IMG/VR virus record: IMGVR_UViG_3300032103_000300
Location: 1 to 39,596 of that record
DNA: 39,596 nt
Strand: one strand, 5' to 3'
Origin: a virus
Lineage: Duplodnaviria > Caudoviricetes
Shown here: positions 35,312 to 39,596 of the stretch, in pieces
How the letters are laid out: the number at the start of each line of letters is the position of its first letter
How positions within the stretch are numbered: position 1 is the stretch's first letter
Notes under the pieces: model-generated
Databases searched by the model: none
What the model saw: only the letters and a program-made list of their open reading frames with translations
Told to the model about the DNA's origin: nothing
Made by a program: the position numbers and the translations under genes

Positions 35312-36313
35312 TTGATATATACTAAAGCTTCGGGCGTAAATGACTCTATCTTTGGCAGGTCACAAGAGCCAATCAAGATGATGCTAGAAAAGTACGAAGA
35401 GTCCTTTGAGGCAAAGTCGATGATTAAAGAAATTTTCACTATGGATAAGACTAATAATTTTGCTGAGCGATTCGTCACTGAAACTTCCTTGGGTGACTTT
35501 CGGCCCGTAGGCGAAGCCGGCAACTATCCTCGTACCACGATGCAAGAGAGCTATGCAAAGGTAATCGAGCCTGAAGAGTGGAAGCTTTCTTTTGGCATTT
35601 CTCAAACCATGGTTGAGGACGGCAAGATAGGCAAAGCTATTCGCAAGAAGGGCAATAACTTTATGACTTCTTTCCACCGTACTCGTGAGAAGTTTGCTGC
35701 TGAGATGCTTCGTAACTGCATCAACGCATCTTTTGAGTTCGGAGAAAGAGTATTTGATATCCGTGGCGCGGATGGTCGCCCTTTCTTTGCCACAGACCAC
35801 CCATCTATCACCGCTGCGACCCTAGTGCAGTCTAATCGTTTCAATGCTGCATTCACGTATGATAATCTTTCACACGCTGAAGAGCGTATGCAGAAATTTG
35901 TGGATGATGATGGCCATCTATTAAATATCCAGCCAGATACTATCATCATCCCGAATAATGCACGTATCAAAATGCTCGTGTTCCATGCTCTCAATGCCGA
36001 GAATGTGCCTGGTGTGGTATCAGACGGGGGTAGTTATCACTTTGGTCGTTGGACTGTGAAAGTGTGGAACTATCTTGCTAACCCCGCTGGCATTACTCCT
36101 GGTACTGACTGGTGGATTCTTTGCGATTCTCAAATGAAGGACATTATAGAAGCTCTACCGTGGCTTGACCGCATTCCTTTGTCCGTTCATAGCTGGATTG
36201 ACCATAATAATGACAATAATATGTTCAATGGTCGTGCTCGCTTCGGTGCTGCGCCTAACAACTGGCGAGCCTTTGCAGCCTGCACTCCTGGTGCTGGTAC
36301 TGCATTAACGTAG
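35312..36313 (+). CDS. Major capsid protein (HK97 fold, Mu gpT-like)
   Basis: GADGRPFFATDHP, DDDGHLLNIQPDTIIIP, GRARFGAAPNNWR; followed by a terminator. Confidence 0.92.
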   Translation: MIYTKASGVNDSIFGRSQEPIKMMLEKYEESFEAKSMIKEIFTMDKTNNFAERFVTETSLGDFRPVGEAGNYPRTTMQESYAKVIEPEEWKLSFGISQTMVEDGKIGKAIRKKGNNFMTSFHRTREKFAAEMLRNCINASFEFGERVFDIRGADGRPFFATDHPSITAATLVQSNRFNAAFTYDNLSHAEERMQKFVDDDGHLLNIQPDTIIIPNNARIKMLVFHALNAENVPGVVSDGGSYHFGRWTVKVWNYLANPAGITPGTDWWILCDSQMKDIIEALPWLDRIPLSVHSWIDHNNDNNMFNGRARFGAAPNNWRAFAACTPGAGTALT

Positions 36314-36316
36314 GAG

Positions 36317-36349
36317 GAAGGGGGGAGCAATTCCCCCTTCTTTTCTTTT
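36317..36349 (+). terminator. Intrinsic terminator after the capsid gene
   Basis: GAAGGGGGGA-GCAA-TTCCCCCTTC-TTTTCTTTT. Confidence 0.85.
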
Positions 36350-36369
36350 AAGAAAGGAGAGATATAAAC

Positions 36370-36723
36370 TTGAAAGACTATTGCGTTACTAAAAGGGCAA
36401 TTATCCCTAACGGACAATCTCTTTCTAATATTATTGACCTTGAAAATTATACTAGATTGGCTATTTATATGCCTACAGCATGGACCGCCGCTACTATAAC
36501 GCTGCTTGCAGCTCCCACGATGGAAGGGCCTTTTCAAGCTGTCTTTGATGAGGCCAACACAGAAGTATCCATTACCGTAGCCGCAAGTCGAGTGCATGGA
36601 TTGGGTACGGCACAGACAGATAGACTAGGGGCCCTTCGTTTCATTCAGCTTCGTTCGGGTACTAGTGGTACTCCAGTTGCACAAGCTGCTGAGCGTACAA
36701 TAATGTTAATCGCAAAAAGATAA
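36370..36723 (+). CDS. Virion structural protein (putative head accessory)
   Basis: AAAGGAG RBS; MPTAWTAATIT...RFIQLRSGTSGTPVAQAAERTI. Confidence 0.65.
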   Translation: MKDYCVTKRAIIPNGQSLSNIIDLENYTRLAIYMPTAWTAATITLLAAPTMEGPFQAVFDEANTEVSITVAASRVHGLGTAQTDRLGALRFIQLRSGTSGTPVAQAAERTIMLIAKR

Positions 36724-36728
36724 GGTGA

Positions 36729-37355
36729 GTGCCGATGAAATTGGGTGATGCAAAACGACAAGCACTTGTGTTAATGCGAGAGTGGACTATAGATGGGCAG
36801 CCTATTGGGGCAGATAGCGTGGACTATCTTAAATCTATGGATGACTTAGCAAATATTGCGCAAACAGAGATAGCTAGACGACGAAAAATCCCTGCCGTAC
36901 TTCAGCTTCCATGGCTAGGGGGTGAGCCATATGCAAACATGAGAGTGTTCACCATGCCTCTTGACTTCCTAGAGGTCAGGCGTGTTGAATTTTATGAGAC
37001 GGCTGGCCAACCTTTAGATGAGGAAGCTAATAGATTGTTTCGTTGGATTAGTAAGAAAGAAATAGGCATTTTAGAATCTGCGCTTTTCGGCAATTGGTTT
37101 GTTTATTATTATCGTCTGCCTACTCCTATCGTTGTTAACCTTTCAAATGAAAAGGCTAATGATAATTATGAGTTTGAGGTTGATGCAGATGTGCAGTATT
37201 TAATTCCTTTCTTTATGGCAGCACAGCTTTTGATGGATGAGAATGTGGGCCTCGCAATAACTAAACTCAACGAGTATCAGTCTAAGTTAGATGGGCTGTT
37301 CACGGAAGGTGATTTTTCAATCTCTCAGTCTTTAAGAAATCCCAGTGGGTGGTGA
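36729..37355 (+). CDS. Head-tail adaptor protein
   Basis: Position before the nozzle gene; ANIAQTEIA, MPLDFLEV, YYRLP, LIPFFMAA. Confidence 0.7.
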   Translation: MPMKLGDAKRQALVLMREWTIDGQPIGADSVDYLKSMDDLANIAQTEIARRRKIPAVLQLPWLGGEPYANMRVFTMPLDFLEVRRVEFYETAGQPLDEEANRLFRWISKKEIGILESALFGNWFVYYYRLPTPIVVNLSNEKANDNYEFEVDADVQYLIPFFMAAQLLMDENVGLAITKLNEYQSKLDGLFTEGDFSISQSLRNPSGW

Positions 37356-37359
37356 GTGA

Positions 37360-39129
37360 ATGGTAAGGTTTAGTGTCCCCAGAATGGAACCTACGAGGAC
37401 AATACAAGTTTCTAAATTTACTGGGGCTAACCTTAACCCTGACCAAACGCAATTGGCTGAGGGTGAATCCCCAGACATGCTAAATATCATTTTAGATAAT
37501 GATGGAACTCCCGACAAGCGTACTGGTTATGAGGCTTGCTTTACCAGTCTTGGAGCCTCGCCAATCAGGGGTATGGTAGAATACAAAGGTTGGATAGTTT
37601 TCTCACAGGGAGGTAGGCTCTATCGTTGGCAGCAAGGACAGGTACCGTCTGAGATTGGTACAATTGCAGACATTAAAATGCGAGGTTTCGTGTTTAATGA
37701 TAACCTCTATCTTATTAACGGCTCACAATTCCTAATTTATAACGGTACATCCGTGACTGCAGTGGTTCCTCACATACCAACACTTGCAATTTCTAGTCCT
37801 CCCACGGGAGGAGGTACGATTTTAGATGATTGGAATTTGATTGGTACGGGATTCAGACAAACCTTTAATGGGAATGGAAGTGCTACTGCTTATACTTTAC
37901 TTCAGCGGGACTTAGCAGCTATAACTGTAATTGCGCTTGTGAATGGGGTTACTATTACTGAAGGTGCTGGTCTAACAGTCAACAGGACAACTGGTGTGGT
38001 TACTTTTTCTATTGCGCCTAGTACTGGCGTGAATAACGTCGAAATCGTTGCGCATAAAATTATTTCTGGCTTTGCTAATCGTGTCCTAAAGTGCACTAGA
38101 TTTAATATTTTCGGGGGAAACAACGATACGAAAATCCACCTGTTCGGGAATCCAGACTTTCCGTCAATAATTCGACAAAGTGGCACGAATAATCCTGCAT
38201 ATTGGCCTGAGAACTCGTTCAATCGCTATGGTAGCGATAGTGTATATGTGGCTGCGAAAATAAATCAGTATGATACTTCTGTGGTCTTCAAAGAGGACAG
38301 TATTTGGCTCGAGATGTTAAATTTTAATGAGGAAGGTCTGCCTATTTTTCCGAACAAACCCATAAATTCTTCTATAGGTTGCATTTCAGGAGATAGTTTG
38401 CAATTGCTTGATAATAATCCGGTGTTTCTCACAAATCACGGGGTCATGATATTAACTTCAAGTCAGGTTCGAGACGAAAGAAACGTGCAATTAATTAGCG
38501 AAAAAATCAATAGTGATTTATTAACTCGAAATCTAAAGGAAGCTTTTTCTGTCGAGTTCGAAGATAAGTATTTTCTCATTTTTCCTGGAGGCTTCGTTTG
38601 GGTGTATCATTATCGTCTGGGGGCTTGGTTTCCTTGGGCTAATTTTAATTTTACTTGTGCTTTAGTTCAAGGTCAAGAACTATTTTTTGGAGGCACGACT
38701 GGTCTACTATATAGGTTAAAAAGGTCTACTGACCAATTACCATTTAGTGATGCGGGCCAAGTTATTAATGCTCACTGGTCCACTAAGCTTTATGGCTTTG
38801 ACTCTGAAGCTTATCAAAAATTGATTAGAACTTTGCATGTTACGCTTAGGCCTAGTTTATCAACAAAAGTAGAAGTTTATGTTCGGAGTGACAGAAGAGC
38901 TTTATGGCGCTTTTTGACTAGATTTGGTGAAACTATTTTTTCGTACAATACCATCAACTATAGCCAATTCACATATAATTGTAATTTTCTACCGCAAGCT
39001 AACGCTAAAAAAGTAAAGGCGAAAAGGGTCGTTTATTTTCAACTGCGATTTGAAAATCATGCAAATAATAGTAGTATGGGTTTATTATCATTAGGGGTAC
39101 ATTTTACCATTCAAAGAGAGGTGAAATAA
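37360..39129 (+). CDS. Tail nozzle / DNA-stabilisation protein (P22 gp10 / T7 gp12-like)
   Basis: FTGANL...ESPDMLNI...KRTGY N-terminus; beta-propeller-like composition. Confidence 0.8.
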   Translation: MVRFSVPRMEPTRTIQVSKFTGANLNPDQTQLAEGESPDMLNIILDNDGTPDKRTGYEACFTSLGASPIRGMVEYKGWIVFSQGGRLYRWQQGQVPSEIGTIADIKMRGFVFNDNLYLINGSQFLIYNGTSVTAVVPHIPTLAISSPPTGGGTILDDWNLIGTGFRQTFNGNGSATAYTLLQRDLAAITVIALVNGVTITEGAGLTVNRTTGVVTFSIAPSTGVNNVEIVAHKIISGFANRVLKCTRFNIFGGNNDTKIHLFGNPDFPSIIRQSGTNNPAYWPENSFNRYGSDSVYVAAKINQYDTSVVFKEDSIWLEMLNFNEEGLPIFPNKPINSSIGCISGDSLQLLDNNPVFLTNHGVMILTSSQVRDERNVQLISEKINSDLLTRNLKEAFSVEFEDKYFLIFPGGFVWVYHYRLGAWFPWANFNFTCALVQGQELFFGGTTGLLYRLKRSTDQLPFSDAGQVINAHWSTKLYGFDSEAYQKLIRTLHVTLRPSLSTKVEVYVRSDRRALWRFLTRFGETIFSYNTINYSQFTYNCNFLPQANAKKVKAKRVVYFQLRFENHANNSSMGLLSLGVHFTIQREVK

Positions 39130-39130
39130 A

Positions 39131-39596
39131 ATGCCATTACCCGAGAGACTGGCTGATGTAAGGTTTAAACATCGTAACTATCCTGATAATATTGCTGAAT
39201 TTCTTGGCGATACGGCTGAACTTAAAAGACTTTTTGACCAACCTGTGGAGGATATCTTATTCTATCTTAATGGTATCTATGACCAGTTAAAAAATGTGGC
39301 ATCGGGGGATACTGGCGCAAGTGCGATTGGGGCATTGCCTCCCAATATTACGGCCCAGAATAATGTGCAAAGTATTCTTACAGCTTTGAAAACTTATATT
39401 GACCAAGTGGCTGCAAACTTTGTGCTTGGCCAAGTTAGTGATGGCAGTATTACCACCGCAAAAATAGCTGATAGCGCAATTACCACCGCAAAAGTATCGT
39501 CTGCTTTAATGACAACTATTAACGCAGCGGGCAGAATAACCCGAATACCTCGGACAAGCAACATAATGCTCACCGCCACGGAGCGCAACTCCCTCA
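39131..39596 (+). CDS. Tail fibre/spike protein N-terminus (3'-truncated)
   Basis: Open frame from ATG 39131 to the window end: MPLPERLAD...AELKRLFD...GASAIG...DGSITTAKIADSAITTAKV. Confidence 0.75.
   Translation, partial: MPLPERLADVRFKHRNYPDNIAEFLGDTAELKRLFDQPVEDILFYLNGIYDQLKNVASGDTGASAIGALPPNITAQNNVQSILTALKTYIDQVAANFVLGQVSDGSITTAKIADSAITTAKVSSALMTTINAAGRITRIPRTSNIMLTATERNSL

Noticed and set aside
1-39596. Stop-codon reassignment, tRNA genes or self-splicing introns
   Set aside because: Core genes are full length in the standard code, all three stops end genes, and I saw no cloverleaf or interrupted gene.

Overview
The window is almost the whole ~40-kb genome of a short-tailed (podovirus-like) dsDNA phage. 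The host is probably a Bacillota member with an S-layer, judged from AGGAGGTG ribosome-binding sites, sigma-A-type TTTACA-N17-TATAAT promoters and an SLH domain. The sequence is circularly permuted and broken inside the tail-fibre region; I found no integrase, clear repressor, tRNA or CRISPR array. Modules in order: tail-fibre end and ejection proteins, including a 3135-aa polyvalent protein (1-11428); a lysis cassette led by an SLH-serine protease (11447-13426); a leftward replication/recombination block with SNF2 helicase, VRR-NUC, SSB, Sak4-like ATPase, PD-(D/E)xK nuclease and a UDG-PolA fusion (13516-20659); a nucleotide-metabolism operon with dCMP deaminase, three thymidylate-synthase-fold paralogs, an all-alpha dNTPase and a dNMP kinase (20857-24654); a divergent promoter region, primase-helicase and iteron origin (25469-28040); small early genes (28581-29345); packaging, head and tail genes (29550-39596). 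Best candidates for new biology: (1) a pre-replicative pyrimidine-modification pathway whose three TS paralogs split the catalytic residues, coupled to the UDG-fused polymerase; (2) an injected polyprotein with a metallopeptidase and tandem EIQSDW nuclease-like modules separated by FSxKR linkers; (3) an SLH-protease translationally coupled to the lysis genes. GATC is nearly absent (one site found by eye). All calls come from motif recognition without database searches.
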